A DNA stretch of 64,000 bases from an uncultured delta proteobacterium (GCA_963769935.1 CAVYNY010000008.1:32001-96000); one strand, 5' to 3'. Positions 10,256 to 23,009 are shown, counted from the first letter of the stretch. Notes: a model not told the origin generated them from the letters alone. Numbers and translations are program-made.

Positions 10256-10465
10256 ACTGAAATCGCCGAAATTAAAGTTGTGGCGCCGAATATGGCCTTA
10301 AAAGTCATCGACCGTGCCATTCAGGCTCACGGCGGCATGGGTGTCTGCAACGATACCTGGCTGGCAGCAGCCTACGCCAACATCCGGACACTGCGTCTGG
10401 CCGACGGTCCGGACGAAGTTCATCGCGAAGTCATCGCCAGACTGGAATTAAGGAAAGAGACATGA
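10256..10465 (+). pseudogene. C-terminal remnant of an ACAD10/11-type acyl-CoA dehydrogenase
   Basis: [41 protein letters not shown]; in-frame stop at 10202 and no N-terminal part upstream. Confidence 0.85.
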
Positions 10466-11502
10466 AAACAGATGCCAAATTAACACCGGTGCGCGAGGCG
10501 CATCGCTTTGATGAGAGTGCGCTGGACATTTATCTAAAAAAAAATTTGCATGGCTACCAGGGTCCCCTCACCGTCCAGCAGTTTGAAGGCGGCCAGTCAA
10601 ATCCCACATTTCTTCTGACGGCCGTCGGAAAAAAATATGTGCTGCGCAAAAAACCGCCCGGCGATCTCCTGCCGTCGGCCCACCAGGTGGATCGCGAGTT
10701 CCGGGTGATGAAAGCCCTGGAAAAATCAGAAGTGCCGGTTCCCGAAATGTACCTGCTATGCGAAGACAAAAACGTGATCGGTACAATCTTTTTTGTAATG
10801 GAACATGTTCAGGGACGCGTTCTGGAAGACATCTCACTGCCGGGTATGACGCCGGATGAAAGACACGCCATTTATTTTGATATGATCCGGGTATTAGCGG
10901 CCTTGCATTCGGTGGATTATGGTGTCCTGGGGCTGGACGATTTCGGTAAACCGGGCAATTACTTCATCCGCCAGATCGGCCGCTGGTCGAAGCAGTATGT
11001 GGCGGCCAAGACCGATGAAATAGAATCCATGGAGCGTCTGATGGAATATCTGCCGGCCAACGTGCCGGTAGACGACACCAGCTGTATCGTCCACGGTGAC
11101 TATCGCATGGGCAACATGCTCCTCCATCCCACCGAACCCAGGATAGTGGCACTGCTGGACTGGGAGCTTTCAACCCTCGGCCATCCTCTCGGCGATCTGG
11201 GTTACAGCTGTATGTTCTATCGGTCCGGAATTGCCGGAAGAATCAGTCTGGACGGCCTGACCGGCTCTTCCACCGGCATTCCGACCGAAGATGAATTTCT
11301 GGCGGAATACTGCCGCTTAAGCGGCCGCTGCGGCATAGCCCACTGGAATTTTTATCTGGCCTTTTCTTTTTTTCGCCTGGCCAGTATTCTGCAGGGAGTC
11401 TATAAGCGGGGAATCATGGGTAACGCCAGCTCCACCGAAGCCATTGAAAGAGGCCGCATGGCCCGGGAGATCGCGGATCTCGCCTGGTCGCTCCTGGAAT
11501 GA
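10462..11502 (+). CDS. APH-family phosphotransferase (ACAD10/11 kinase domain / LvaA-like)
   Basis: [49 protein letters not shown] overlap with the ACAD remnant. Confidence 0.9.
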   Translation: MKTDAKLTPVREAHRFDESALDIYLKKNLHGYQGPLTVQQFEGGQSNPTFLLTAVGKKYVLRKKPPGDLLPSAHQVDREFRVMKALEKSEVPVPEMYLLCEDKNVIGTIFFVMEHVQGRVLEDISLPGMTPDERHAIYFDMIRVLAALHSVDYGVLGLDDFGKPGNYFIRQIGRWSKQYVAAKTDEIESMERLMEYLPANVPVDDTSCIVHGDYRMGNMLLHPTEPRIVALLDWELSTLGHPLGDLGYSCMFYRSGIAGRISLDGLTGSSTGIPTEDEFLAEYCRLSGRCGIAHWNFYLAFSFFRLASILQGVYKRGIMGNASSTEAIERGRMAREIADLAWSLLE

Positions 11503-11603
11503 TGAATGACGAATGACGATTGAATAATTATGGATTTTTATCTTAATTTATTTAAAAAGACAGAATTCCACAAATATTCAATATTCAATCGTCAATATTC
11601 ATT
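11500..11603. repeat. Intergenic hairpin with 7-nt tandem arms (ATTGAAT / ATTCAAT family)
   Basis: Related copies at 20840..20967 and 50530..50577 share AGACAG..AAATATTCAAT. Confidence 0.7.
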
Positions 11604-11612
11604 TGAAATCTT

Positions 11613-12161
11613 ATGGCAAGAATCTATCTGGTGCGTCACGGCAGAGCGGCGTCCGGCTGGGGTTTGGAAAAAGATCCCGAGCTTGACGACTTGGGTCGTT
11701 CTCAGGCGAAGGCCGCAGCCCAAAAATTGGCTCCTCGGGGACCGCTTCCCATTATTACCAGTCCGCTTAACCGCGCCAGGGCAACGGCCGCACCGTTGGC
11801 TGAAATTTGGCAATGTGAGACCAGAATTGAACCACGCCTCGGGGAGATACCATTTCCTTCCGAAACTCCAACGAACAGGGTCGGCTGGCTTAAAGAAGTG
11901 ATGATCGACCACTGGTCAAATCTTGATCGAAAACTTCGCGCATGGCGCCAGGATGTTATCGAGACGATCTTTTCGATTACAGCGGACAGTGTGATTTTCA
12001 GCCATTTCATTGCAATTAACGTTGCGGTTGGTTTTGCCGTTGAGGACGACCAGGTCGTCATCTTCAGACCGGACAACGCCTCAATCACTATTTTGGAGAC
12101 CAAGGCAGACCGCGTAAATCTTATAAAGCGAGGAGATGAAGCCGATACCCGGGTCAACTGA
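11613..12161 (+). CDS. Histidine phosphatase (phosphoglycerate mutase-like) family protein
   Basis: YLVRHG, TSPL.RA..TA, FSH motifs. Confidence 0.9.
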   Translation: MARIYLVRHGRAASGWGLEKDPELDDLGRSQAKAAAQKLAPRGPLPIITSPLNRARATAAPLAEIWQCETRIEPRLGEIPFPSETPTNRVGWLKEVMIDHWSNLDRKLRAWRQDVIETIFSITADSVIFSHFIAINVAVGFAVEDDQVVIFRPDNASITILETKADRVNLIKRGDEADTRVN

Positions 12162-12193
12162 CCGCCTGAATTTGTTCTGGAAGGAACACACTT

Positions 12194-13041
12194 ATGACAC
12201 AAGATACCACGATTCTACTAGACGGGCTCCTCTTTCCGGAGGGGCCGCGATGGCATGCTGATAAACTCTGGTTTTCCGATATGCAGGGTCTTCACGTGAT
12301 GACCGTGGATCTGGCCGGCAACAGCGAAAAAATAGTTAAGGTCAAAGGATCGCCATCCGGTCTGGGGTGGCTCCCGGACGGACGGCTGTTGGTCGTCTCG
12401 ATGATCGATCGGCGCCTGCTGCGTCTCGACCCGTATCGGATTGGTGGAAATCGCCGACTTGAGAAAACTCGCTTCGTTTCATTGCAATGACATGGTGGTG
12501 GATAAACAAGGCCGGGCCTATATCGGCAATTTTGGTTTTGATCTGGCGGCCCAAGCACCGCTTAAACCGGCAGAGATTGTGCTTGTAACCGCCACCGGCG
12601 ACATGCGGGTTGTGGCGCAAGATCTGCTCTTTCCCAACGGCACGGTCATTAGCGCCCGACGATCGGACGTTGATTGTGGCCGAAACCTGGGGCAATCGCC
12701 TGACCGCATTCGATATCAACCCCGACGGCAGTCTTGAAAATCGCCGTATCTGGGCCAAATTTGAGGACGTATATCCCGATGGAATTTGTCTGGACGCAGA
12801 AGGGGCAATCTGGGTAGCGGCCCCTTATCCCGGAGAAGTTGTGCGGGTTCAGGAGGGAGGCAACATTACGCACCGTTTGAAGGTTTCGGCCAAACCCTAT
12901 GCCTGTATGCTCGGCGGAGCGGACCGCTGCACCCTGTTTGTGTGTACGGCGGAATCTCACAATCCGGACGAGGTTCGCCTGAAACCCGGCGGCAAAATCG
13001 AAATTGTGCAAGTCGAGGTCCCCGGAGCGGGTCTTCCCTAA
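12194..13041 (+). CDS. SMP-30/gluconolactonase family protein, two indels (about 12435 and 12650)
   Basis: FPEGPRW, CNDMVVD..GRAY, FPNG, PDGICLDAEG spread over three overlapping ORFs. Confidence 0.85.
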
Positions 13042-13192
13042 ATGTGACATTGATTTGAACATTAATATTTGATGGTTACCTTATTTGACACATTAATTTT
13101 TTGATATCTTTTTTAACTACAAACAACAAGCAGCACACAACAAACCCCCTGCTCGAGCTTTACGCCTTGATCAGGGTAAAAACGGAGCATTA

Positions 13193-14255
13193 ATGTCTGA
13201 GCAGCCTGCCAAGAATTTTGATTTTGAAGTCGGCGTGTACCGTCCCCCGAGTGAAGGCGGCAGCCACTCGCTGCTGGTGCGGGTAACCCGCAACTGCCCC
13301 TGGAACCGGTGCGAGTTTTGCGCGATGTATAAAACCGAAAAGTTTGAACTAAGATCCCCCGCCGAAGTCAAGGGCGATATCGACACGATTGCCGATATCT
13401 GCAATAAACTTAGAGACATATCCTGGAAACTCGGCTTTGGCGGCAACGTTACCCGTGAGGCTGCCATCGAACTATTGAATTCAGAGCCGGAGCTGAATTA
13501 CCATCAGGGTTTTGTCATGGTTTATAACTGGATACAAGCCGGCGCTAAAACCGCATTTCTGCAGGATGCCAACAGCCTGATTATGAAGACCGATCAACTG
13601 GTGGATATTCTGCGGCATTTGAGAAAAACGTTTTCGTCCCTGAACCGGGTGACGTCCTATGCCCGGTCCAAAACCCTGGCTCAAAAAAAACTGGACGAGT
13701 TAATCGCCATTCGCGAGGCAGGTTTGGACCGCGTGCATATCGGTTTGGAAACCGGCGATGACGAACTGCTGGAAAAAATCAAAAAAGGCGTAACCAGCGC
13801 AGGGACATATCAAGGGCGGCCAAAAAGCTATGCAAGCCGGATTTCAGGTATCCGAATACTGGATGCCGGGTCTGGGCGGGACCCGGATGTGGCAGAACCA
13901 TGCCATAAATACCGCCCGGGTGTTAAACGAAATCAATCCGCACTACATTCGTTCGCGACCGTTTTATCCCGTCCCGGGAACACCCATGCATGAGCACATG
14001 AGCAGCGGCGAATTTCAGCTGCTGTCGGCCGACGAACAATTGATGGAATTAAAGCTGATGATGGAACACCTGAATGTTGCCTCAAAAGTCTGCTTTGATC
14101 ATGCCGGCAACTACTGGCATAACCGGCACGGCGGACTCTTGTTCAGCCAGAGCTACGAAGGCTATAAGTTTCCGGAAGAAAAACCCAGGGTGTTGGAGCT
14201 GATTGATGAGGGCCTGACGGCCGGAAACAGACGTCCCGAATTTTTAAGGTTCTGA
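13193..14255 (+). CDS. Radical SAM protein, indel at about 13800
   Basis: YRPPSE, CPWNRCEFC (CxxxCxxC), GLETGDD; continues in ORF 13830..14255. Confidence 0.85.
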
Positions 14256-14277
14256 TTTTTACGCTGTAAAAATCAGA
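14251..14277 (+). terminator. Perfect 12-bp hairpin over the radical SAM stop codon
   Basis: TCTGATTTTTAC-gct-GTAAAAATCAGA; AT-rich stem without a clear U-tract. Confidence 0.4.
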
Positions 14278-14518
14278 TCATAATCCAATTGCAAATAATA
14301 AGGCACGGCCTAGTGGCGAACCAGGCTTATAACAGGAGCAAAGTTTCAGACAAATTTAAATTACCGAGACGCCTTAAACGAAGGAAAATTAATCCGGCGT
14401 CAGGCATGGTTTTAGCCGCCTTTGCTTTAAGCGAAGACACGCCGGCCCAAGTGGTTCAATTAAAGGAATTCAGCGCGGCGGTTGACGCCTGGATAGGAAT
14501 ATTTTGACAGTTTTCCGA

Positions 14519-15343
14519 ATGAAAAACATGCCGATCTTGCCGCTGGCCTGCATCCTGGCATTATTGCTCGGATGTTCTTCACACAGGGCTGCCGAGGGAC
14601 CGTCCCCCAATACCAGACGTATCGTTGACCTTGTCATCGATGAAAATTCTACATCATTGATTCTCACAATAAAAGGCAACCGCCCCCTTGTCTATACGAC
14701 CAGCAGGCCTGCTGACCCAAAAGCCATATTGCTTCGATTTCCCGATACCGGTTTGGGGTTCAGCCGCAACCGATTTCAACCGCCGGAAAATAATTTTATC
14801 AGTGTGATCAGAACCGGCGAAATTGATGAAAACAATACACCAACGTCCAACATATTGATTAGCCTGAAAAAGGAAGCGTCCTACGATCTGGTGCCGGTTG
14901 AAGCCGGGTTGCAGGTCGTCTTTCCAAAGTCCCCTGCCCTTTCAGGCAGCACCAAAATGCCGCAGAAAACTGCCGACCCCAAGCCGCAGCCAAAGCCGAA
15001 TCAGAAAAACACACCGGTCGCTACGATTCTTAAAACAGTCACTACAAAATCTCTGGCGGATAATTTTGTCGTCAACGTTGAAGCCGACGGCGCCATTAAA
15101 AATTACAAGACATTTATCATGAAAAACCCCGCTCGCATCGTATTTGACTTTTACCAAGTTAAAAGCGCACACCGCGGTGAGCAAAGAGTTGATGTTGAAT
15201 CGAAATGGGTGAAACGAATCCGCTATTTTGGTCATCCGGATAAACTGCGGCTGGTGATCGAGACCTATAACGATTATATATCCAAATATTCATCCGTGCC
15301 GACGGACACCGGTCTGATCATTTATATAGGCCAAACTAAATAG
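14519..15343 (+). CDS. Lipoprotein with two AMIN domains (PilQ N-terminus-like)
   Basis: Lipobox LLGC; NPARIVFDF and VKRIR..HPDKLRLVIE; Pro/Lys-rich linker between domains. Confidence 0.75.
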   Translation: MKNMPILPLACILALLLGCSSHRAAEGPSPNTRRIVDLVIDENSTSLILTIKGNRPLVYTTSRPADPKAILLRFPDTGLGFSRNRFQPPENNFISVIRTGEIDENNTPTSNILISLKKEASYDLVPVEAGLQVVFPKSPALSGSTKMPQKTADPKPQPKPNQKNTPVATILKTVTTKSLADNFVVNVEADGAIKNYKTFIMKNPARIVFDFYQVKSAHRGEQRVDVESKWVKRIRYFGHPDKLRLVIETYNDYISKYSSVPTDTGLIIYIGQTK

Positions 15344-15681
15344 AACCATTCCAAGCTGTCAAACATCCCACCCCCTGCGCGCTCAGATAAGGCTGCATCT
15401 CCTACCAATAAATAAATTCTATAGCTATTGACTTTGCCCGTTATTTTTAGGTCTTGACAATTCCACAGGAAACACGTAGGAATTTTTGTAATTTATCATC
15501 CCCGGAAGATCAGGTTGGAACCGCCTGAATCTAACATAATAATGCGTTAACGATTTTTCCCATCGGATAATCCCCAAAATGAATGCTATGGCATTCAATT
15601 TCCGAAAAGGTCAATTCGGTGAATTCAACTCGGGATATCTGCAACTCAAAACGAATGTTTATCAGATGAAAGGAGACGGTT

Positions 15682-16958
15682 ATGAAATTTAGAAAATTGA
15701 CTCTGGTTTTGGCAGGTTTGGCCCTTTTTGCCATGGTGGGCGGAACCGCCATGGCGGCCGACACCATCAAAATTGCGTACATCGATCCGCTGTCAGGCGC
15801 TTTTGCGGGGGTGGGGGATGCCGGCTACAAGCATTTTCAATACAATGCCGAATTGATCAATGCCAAGGGCGGGGTTCTCGGCGGCAAGATGTTTGAGATT
15901 GTGCCCTTCGACAACAAAGTCAGCCCCAAGGATAGCCTGATTCAGCTTAAAAGCGCCATCGATCAGGGCATCCAGATCATCACCCAGGGCAACGGCTCCA
16001 GTGTGGCCGGGGCCTTGATCGAAGCGGTGAACAAACACAATAAACGCAATCCCGACAAACCGGTTCTTTATCTGAACTATGCGGCGGTCACCCCGGCGTT
16101 TACCAATGAAAAGTGCAGTTTCTGGCACTTCCGCTTCGACGCCCATGTGGACATGAAGATTGCGGCCATCACCGACTACATCAAAGAGCAGAAAAGACAT
16201 TACCAAGGTCTATCTGATCAATCAGGACTATGTCTTCGGCCATGCCGTCAGCGATGCAGCCAAAGCCATGCTTAAGGAAAAGCGTCCGGATATCGAGATT
16301 GTCGGCGACACCTTCACCCCGCTGGGCAAAGTCAAGGATTTTTCACCCTATGTCGCCAAGATCCAGGCCACCGGCGCGCAAGCCGTCATTACCGGAAACT
16401 GGGGTGCGGACATGTCGCTGCTTGTCAAGGCCGCTAAAGATGCCGGTCTCGATGCGCAATTCTATACCTTCTACGGCAGCGGTCTGGGCGCGCCCGCGGC
16501 CATCGGTGAGGCGGGCATCGGCAAGCTCATTTCGGTCACCGAATGGCATCTCGACCTGAACCAGGAAGAAAACAACAAAGAAGACGAAGAGTTTTTCCTG
16601 GGCTATCAGGAAAAGTATTCGGACGGCGGCAAGGTCTCCCTACTACTACGGCCGCATCCGCACCGAAATGGACATGCTGGCCGCGGCCATCAATAAGGCC
16701 GGCAGCACCAACCCCAAAGACATCGCCTATGCCCTGGAAGGCATGGAGTATGAAACCCCGTACGGCAAAGTCCTCATGCGGGCCGAAGATCATCAGCTGA
16801 TCCAGCCGCTGTACCTTTCGGTCTATGCCAAGGCCGGTGAAGGGACCGTTAAATATGACGCCGAAAATTCCGGCGTCGGCTTTAAAACCCTCAAGCGGAT
16901 CGAGGCTGCGGCCACAGCCATGCCGACGACCTGCCAGATGGTACGTCCGCCGAAATAG
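15682..16958 (+). CDS. livK: Branched-chain amino acid-type ABC transporter substrate-binding protein, two indels
   Basis: Signal peptide, IKIAYIDPLSG, QGNGSSVA, INQDY.FG, ITGNWG.D, MRAEDHQ across three ORFs. Confidence 0.85.
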
Positions 16959-16989
16959 GCCAATTCTATCGGATTACAATTTATAACAA

Positions 16990-17022
16990 GGCCTTGCCGG
17001 ATCAAGTCTTTCCGGCAAGGCC
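16990..17022 (+). terminator. 12-bp hairpin after the binding-protein gene (attenuator or mRNA stabiliser)
   Basis: GGCCTTGCCGGA-N9-TCCGGCAAGGCC. Confidence 0.55.
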
Positions 17023-17155
17023 GGAGCCGACTGTTGCAGGCGCAGTCCCCGCTGTTGAGGGAGACTATGTGCCGGCACAGCGGACGGCCGTGGTAAATCG
17101 CACCGCCCGTTCCTTAACTTTTCACTGCACCACGTTTAATCAGGAAAGCAATCAT

Positions 17156-18107
17156 ATGCTGGAATACGTTTTCTTTTCGATATTAAACAGCCTGGTGCTG
17201 GGCATGCTCCTTTTCATGCTCTCCAGCGGTCTCACACTGATTTTCAGCATGATGGGCGTACTCAATTTTGCCCATGCCAGCTTTTACATGCTGGGCGCTT
17301 ACTTCGGCTATCAGATCACCAAGATGATCGGCTTCTGGCCCGCGCTGGTCATCGCCCCTTTACTGGTGGGCGTCTTGGGGGCGCTGGTCGAACGCTACGG
17401 CCTCAGAACCGTCCACAAATACGGTCACGTGGCCGAGCTGTTGTTCACGGTCGGCCTTTTCTATATTATCGAAGAGAGCATCAACCTGATCTGGGGGCGT
17501 AATGCCGTGAACTATCCCATACCGGCGGCCCTTGATTTTCCGCTGTTTACCTTCTTAGGCGCCGAGTTTTCAGCCTACCGCATGTTTATGCTGGTTATTT
17601 CGGTGGCCATGTTCGTGGGGCTTTATCTGGTTTTAACCCGCACCCGCATCGGACTTGATTATTCAGGCCGCGCTGACCCATCCCGACGGCGTCAGCGCCC
17701 TGGGGCACAATGTGCCGGCGGTGTTTATGATGGTTTTTGGCGGCGGTTCCGCGTTGGCCGGACTTGCCGGGGTCATCGGCGGCATACTTTTGATTACCGA
17801 GCCGGCCATGGCCGCGACGTTGGGGCCGATCGTCTTTGTGGTGATCGTTGTCGGCGGTATGGGCTCTTTGACGGGTGCTTTCGTCGCCTCCCTGCTTTTG
17901 GCTGCCATCCAGACATTTGCGGTGGGCATCGAATATTCGTTGACCGACCTGTTTGCCTTATTCGGACTGCAAATCGATACCGGCGGCCTGCTGAGGGATA
18001 TTTGGCGCATCCAGTTGGCCCACACCGGCCCGATTCTACCCTATCTGTTTATGGTGTTGATGCTGATGTTTCGACCAAAAGGATTAATGGGGAAACGCGA
18101 ATCATGA
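17156..18107 (+). CDS. livH: ABC transporter permease LivH, indel at about 17655
   Basis: GLTLIFSMMGVLNFAH, RTRIGL, VVIVVGGMGS, FRPKGLMG. Confidence 0.85.
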
Positions 18108-19357
18108 CCACGAGTGGCAAAGGAAATCATCCACATATGAAGGCTTACTGGCAGCAGGGCGGAATTTGGCTCGCGGCCGTTCTCGTTTGCGCCATACTAC
18201 CGTTGGTGTTCAACTCAGGCTTCGCCCTGTCCATGCTCAGCCAGATGGGGATCGCCATCATCTTTGCCCTCTCCTACAACATGCTGTTGGGACAGGGCGG
18301 CATGCTCTCTTTCGGGCATGCGGTTTATTACGGTTTGGGTGGATTTCTCGCCATGCACGCGATCAATATGGTCGGCGCCGGCGTGTTGCCGCTGCCGCTG
18401 GAGTTGTTGCCGCTGGTAGGCGGCGTGGGCGGGGTGGTCGCCGGTATGTTTTTCGGTTGGTTGTCCACGGATAGAGCCGGCACGACCTTTGCGCTCATTT
18501 CTCTGGGAATCGGCGAGTTGATCGCCGCCAGTGCACTCATGCTGCCGGGTTTCTTCGGTGGTGAAGAGGGAATTTCCGCCGACCGCATGGTCGGACACAC
18601 CCTGACCGGATTCGGCTTCGGTCAGCAGATCGAGGTCTTTTACCTGATTGCCGCCTGGATGCTGGTGTGTGTAGCGCTGATGTACCTGCAAACCAAGACC
18701 CCGTTGGGCAGGGTGGCCAATGCGGTGCGGGACAACCCCGAGCGCGCGGCTTTCATCGGCTACAACGCGCGTTGGGTCCGAACGCTGCAATTAACCTTGG
18801 CGGCCTTTTTCGCCGGTATTGCCGGCGGTCTGTTTGCCATCAATTATGAGATCATCACCGCCGAGACCATCGGCGCCATCCCATCGGGCAATGTATTGAT
18901 GATGACCTACATCGGTGGGATCGGCCATTTTTTCGGACCGATTCTGGGGGCAATCCTCGTCACCTTTATGCAGCTCTCCCTGGCCGGCATCACGCATGCC
19001 TGGCTGCTTTATTTCGGCCTGCTCTTCGTGGGCATGGTCCTATGGGCGCCGAACGGTTTGGCGGGTATCATCATGCTGCACCAGCCGGTGTGGCAGGCCG
19101 GCCTCATGAAACGGCTGCTGCCGGCTTACGGTCTGATCGCCCTGCCGAGCCTGGTGCTGTTTTCAGGCGCCATGACGCTGATCGAGATCAATTATCATCT
19201 CTCTTTAAGCATCAACCCGGATGAGCCCATGAGCCTGTTCGGCATTTCATTCCGCGCCCAATCGCCGCTTGCCTGGCTGGTGGCCGTCGTATTGATCGAT
19301 CGTCGGGTTTTATTTCTTTCGCAAGGCCCAACGCGTGGTGCGACGCAGCTGGAATGA
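18104..19357 (+). CDS. livM: ABC transporter permease LivM (3' end probably frameshifted)
   Basis: YNMLLGQGGMLSFGHA, AVRDNPERA.FIGY, IGGIG.FFGPILGA. Confidence 0.85.
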   Translation: MTTSGKGNHPHMKAYWQQGGIWLAAVLVCAILPLVFNSGFALSMLSQMGIAIIFALSYNMLLGQGGMLSFGHAVYYGLGGFLAMHAINMVGAGVLPLPLELLPLVGGVGGVVAGMFFGWLSTDRAGTTFALISLGIGELIAASALMLPGFFGGEEGISADRMVGHTLTGFGFGQQIEVFYLIAAWMLVCVALMYLQTKTPLGRVANAVRDNPERAAFIGYNARWVRTLQLTLAAFFAGIAGGLFAINYEIITAETIGAIPSGNVLMMTYIGGIGHFFGPILGAILVTFMQLSLAGITHAWLLYFGLLFVGMVLWAPNGLAGIIMLHQPVWQAGLMKRLLPAYGLIALPSLVLFSGAMTLIEINYHLSLSINPDEPMSLFGISFRAQSPLAWLVAVVLIDRRVLFLSQGPTRGATQLE

Positions 19358-19390
19358 AGTGACTCAAATGATGAAGGAGAGGGCGATAAT

Positions 19391-20138
<748 letters not shown>

Positions 20139-20838
20139 ATGCTGGAGGTCAAAGACCTGCACGCCTATTACGGCCGCAGCCACATTCTTGCAGGGCGTAA
20201 ATTTGAAGGTCGGCAACGGCGAAATCGTCAGTTTGCTGGGCCGCAACGGCGTCGGTCGATCGACTGTCTGCAAAACGATAATGGGGCTCGTGCCGCCCCG
20301 AGGGTTCGATCATTTATCAGGGCGAAGAGATCGCCGGACTGCAAGCCTCATACGATCGCACACAAAGGAATCGGATTTGTGCCCGAAGATCGCTGGATAT
20401 TTCCCGGGTCTGACCGTGCTGCAAAATCTTCAGCTGGGTTTGAAAGGCAGAAAACCGCAGGGACGCTGGACCATCGAGGACGTGTTCGAAATGTTTCCGA
20501 GACTGGGCGAGCGATCCAACGTCCAGGGCGGCTTGATTTCCGGCGGAGAACAGCAGATGCTGACCATCTGCCGCACACTGATGGGAGATCCCGACTTTAT
20601 CATGATTGACGAACCCACCGAAGGCCTGGCGCCCAAAATGGTTGAACAGGTCGGCAAACTGATCGAAGAAATCGCCCAGCGCGGCATTTCCGTGCTGCTG
20701 GTTGAGCAGAAGCTGAACATCGCCTTGAAGATATCCCAACGCTTATACATCATGGGCCATGGGCAGATTGTCTTTGAAGGCACCCCGGAAGACCTGAAAG
20801 CCGATGAATCCATACGCAAAGAATGGCTGGAGGTATAA
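20139..20838 (+). CDS. livF: ABC transporter ATPase LivF, several indels
   Basis: GRNGVG, FVPEDR, SGGEQQML, IDEPTEGLAP, LLVEQ. Confidence 0.85.
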
Positions 20839-20985
20839 GGAATGAATATTGAAGATTGAAAATTGAATATTTAAGGATTTTAATCTTTTTAATTGACACA
20901 TTAGCTTTAATCAGGTGAAAGTCGAAAATAAAATAGACAGGATACCACAAATATTCAATCTTCAATTAGACTGGAGGGACTACTC

Positions 20986-22624
20986 ATGTTTGGTTTAATG
21001 CAGGATCGACCGTTGTTGATTTCATCACTGATTGAATTCGCCGCCCTGAATCATGGCGATGAAGAGATTGTTTCGCGAACCATTGAGGGCCCTGATTCAT
21101 CGGTACACCTATAAGGAATGCGCCGTGCGCTCCCGGCAACTGGCAAAAGCCCTCGACAAGCTCGGCGTCGAACAGAGCGACCGGATCGCCACCCTGGCCT
21201 GGAACGGATACCGTCACGTGGAAATTTATTACGGCGTTTCCGGCATGGGCGCCATCTGCCACACGATCAATCCGCGGCTGTTTCCCGAACAGATCGTTTA
21301 CATCGTCAACCATGCGGAAGACAAATATATCTTTATGGATTTGACCTTTGTCCCCCTGATCGAAAAAATCGTCGACCAAATCCCGCATGTAAAGGGCTTC
21401 GTCATCATGACGGACGAAGCCCATATGCCGCGAGACCAGGCTGCCGAATGTCATCTGCTATGAAAACCTGCTGGCCACCGCCGATGATGATTATCAATGG
21501 CCGGCCTTTGATGAACGCACCGCTTCTTCGCTTTGCTACACCTCCGGCACCACCGGAAACCCGAAAGGGGTGCTTGTTCAGCAACCGCTCCACCATCCTG
21601 CACAGCTATGCCGTCTGTACCCTGGACGGGCTGGGCTTGTCCAACCTGGAAACCATCCTGCCGGTGGTCCCCATGTTTCATGTCAATGCCTGGGGCATTC
21701 CGTATGCCGCTGCCATGTGCGGCGCCAAGATGGTCATGCCCGGAGCCAGAATGGATGGCGAATCCCTTTATGAGCTGATGGAAAGCGAGCAGGTAACTCT
21801 GTCGGCGGGAGTGCCGACGATCTGGATGATGCTGCTTGGCTATATGAAGGAAAACAACAAAAAGTTCTCCAGCATGAAGCGCACGGTTATCGGCGGTGCG
21901 GCAGCCCCCCGGGCGATGATCGAAACATTTGAAAAACAATACAAGGTCAATGTCATCCATGCCTGGGGCATGACGGAAATGAGCCCGCTGGGAACCGCCT
22001 GCAACCTGAAAAAGAAGCACCAGAACTTATCCCTCGATCAAAAGATCGATTTGTCGCTCAAACAGGGTCGGGCCATATACGGCGTCGACATGAAAATTGT
22101 CGACGGCCATCGGCAATGAGCTGCCCTGGGACGGCAAGGCCTTCGGCAACCTTCTCGTGCGAGGTCCCTGGATTACATCAGGGTACTTTAAAGGCGAAGG
22201 CGGTGACGCAGTGGATGAAGACGACTGGTTTGACACCGGCGATGTGGCCACCATCGATGCGGACGGCTACATGCAGATTACCGATCGCTCCAAGGATGTC
22301 ATTAAATCCGGCGGCGAGTGGATTTCTTCCATCGATGTCGAAAACGAAGCTGTCGGATGCCCCGGCATTGCCGAGGCGGCCGTGATTGCCGTGTCGCATC
22401 CGAAATGGGATGAGCGGCCCCTTCTGGTTGCCGTCAAAGAAGAGAATGCCAGTGTTACCAAAGAGGATGTCATCGAACATCTGAAGAGATCGCTGGCGAA
22501 ATGGCAGCTGCCCGACGATGTCATTTTTGTCGACCAATTGCCGCACACGGCCACCGGTAAGATTTTGAAGATGAAACTGCGCAGCGAGTACAAAGACTAT
22601 AAACTGCCGACTGATGGGGATTAA
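20986..22624 (+). CDS. Medium-chain acyl-CoA ligase (AlkK/DmdB-like), several indels
   Basis: Starts [67 protein letters not shown]. Confidence 0.85.
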
Positions 22625-22788
22625 TTATTCGCGTGGCCTAATTCAGCCATAAGGGAACTCTGCAAACTCTCGACTCAAGCCTGCGGAGTACTGCCGTGTT
22701 GGAGTAATGGAAAGACTGATTTTCGTATTTCGGCGGAATTATACTTTTATCTAACCGCGTCCTGCGACCGGTTTTAAAGCTGTGGCAA

Positions 22789-22822
22789 ACCCGCTCTGGA
22801 AGACAGCATTTACAGAGCGGGT
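22789..22822. terminator. Hairpin between convergent genes
   Basis: ACCCGCTCTG-N14-CAGAGCGGGT. Confidence 0.4.
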
Positions 22823-23009
22823 AAATATTTCAAATATTGGCTTTGAAAAAAATGATGGTTTTTATTTTAAGTTAAATTGGCATAAAGCAGCCTCTTCTCA
22901 AGGACTCTGGTTAAAACTCTCTGTACGCTCTGTGAGAGACACAAAAATCTTTTTTGGGTCAATTGCCGGCCACTGCTTTCAGGGGTAATATTTGACTATC
23001 TGAAGGGGA

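Noticed and set aside
14402..14418. Sigma54-like GG-N10-GC upstream of the AMIN gene
   Set aside because: AGGCAT..TAGC deviates from consensus at both boxes
16994..19357. 787-aa LivH-LivM fusion ORF
   Set aside because: Middle part is off-frame nonsense; real LivH continues in ORF 17655..18107 and LivM has its own ATG at 18104
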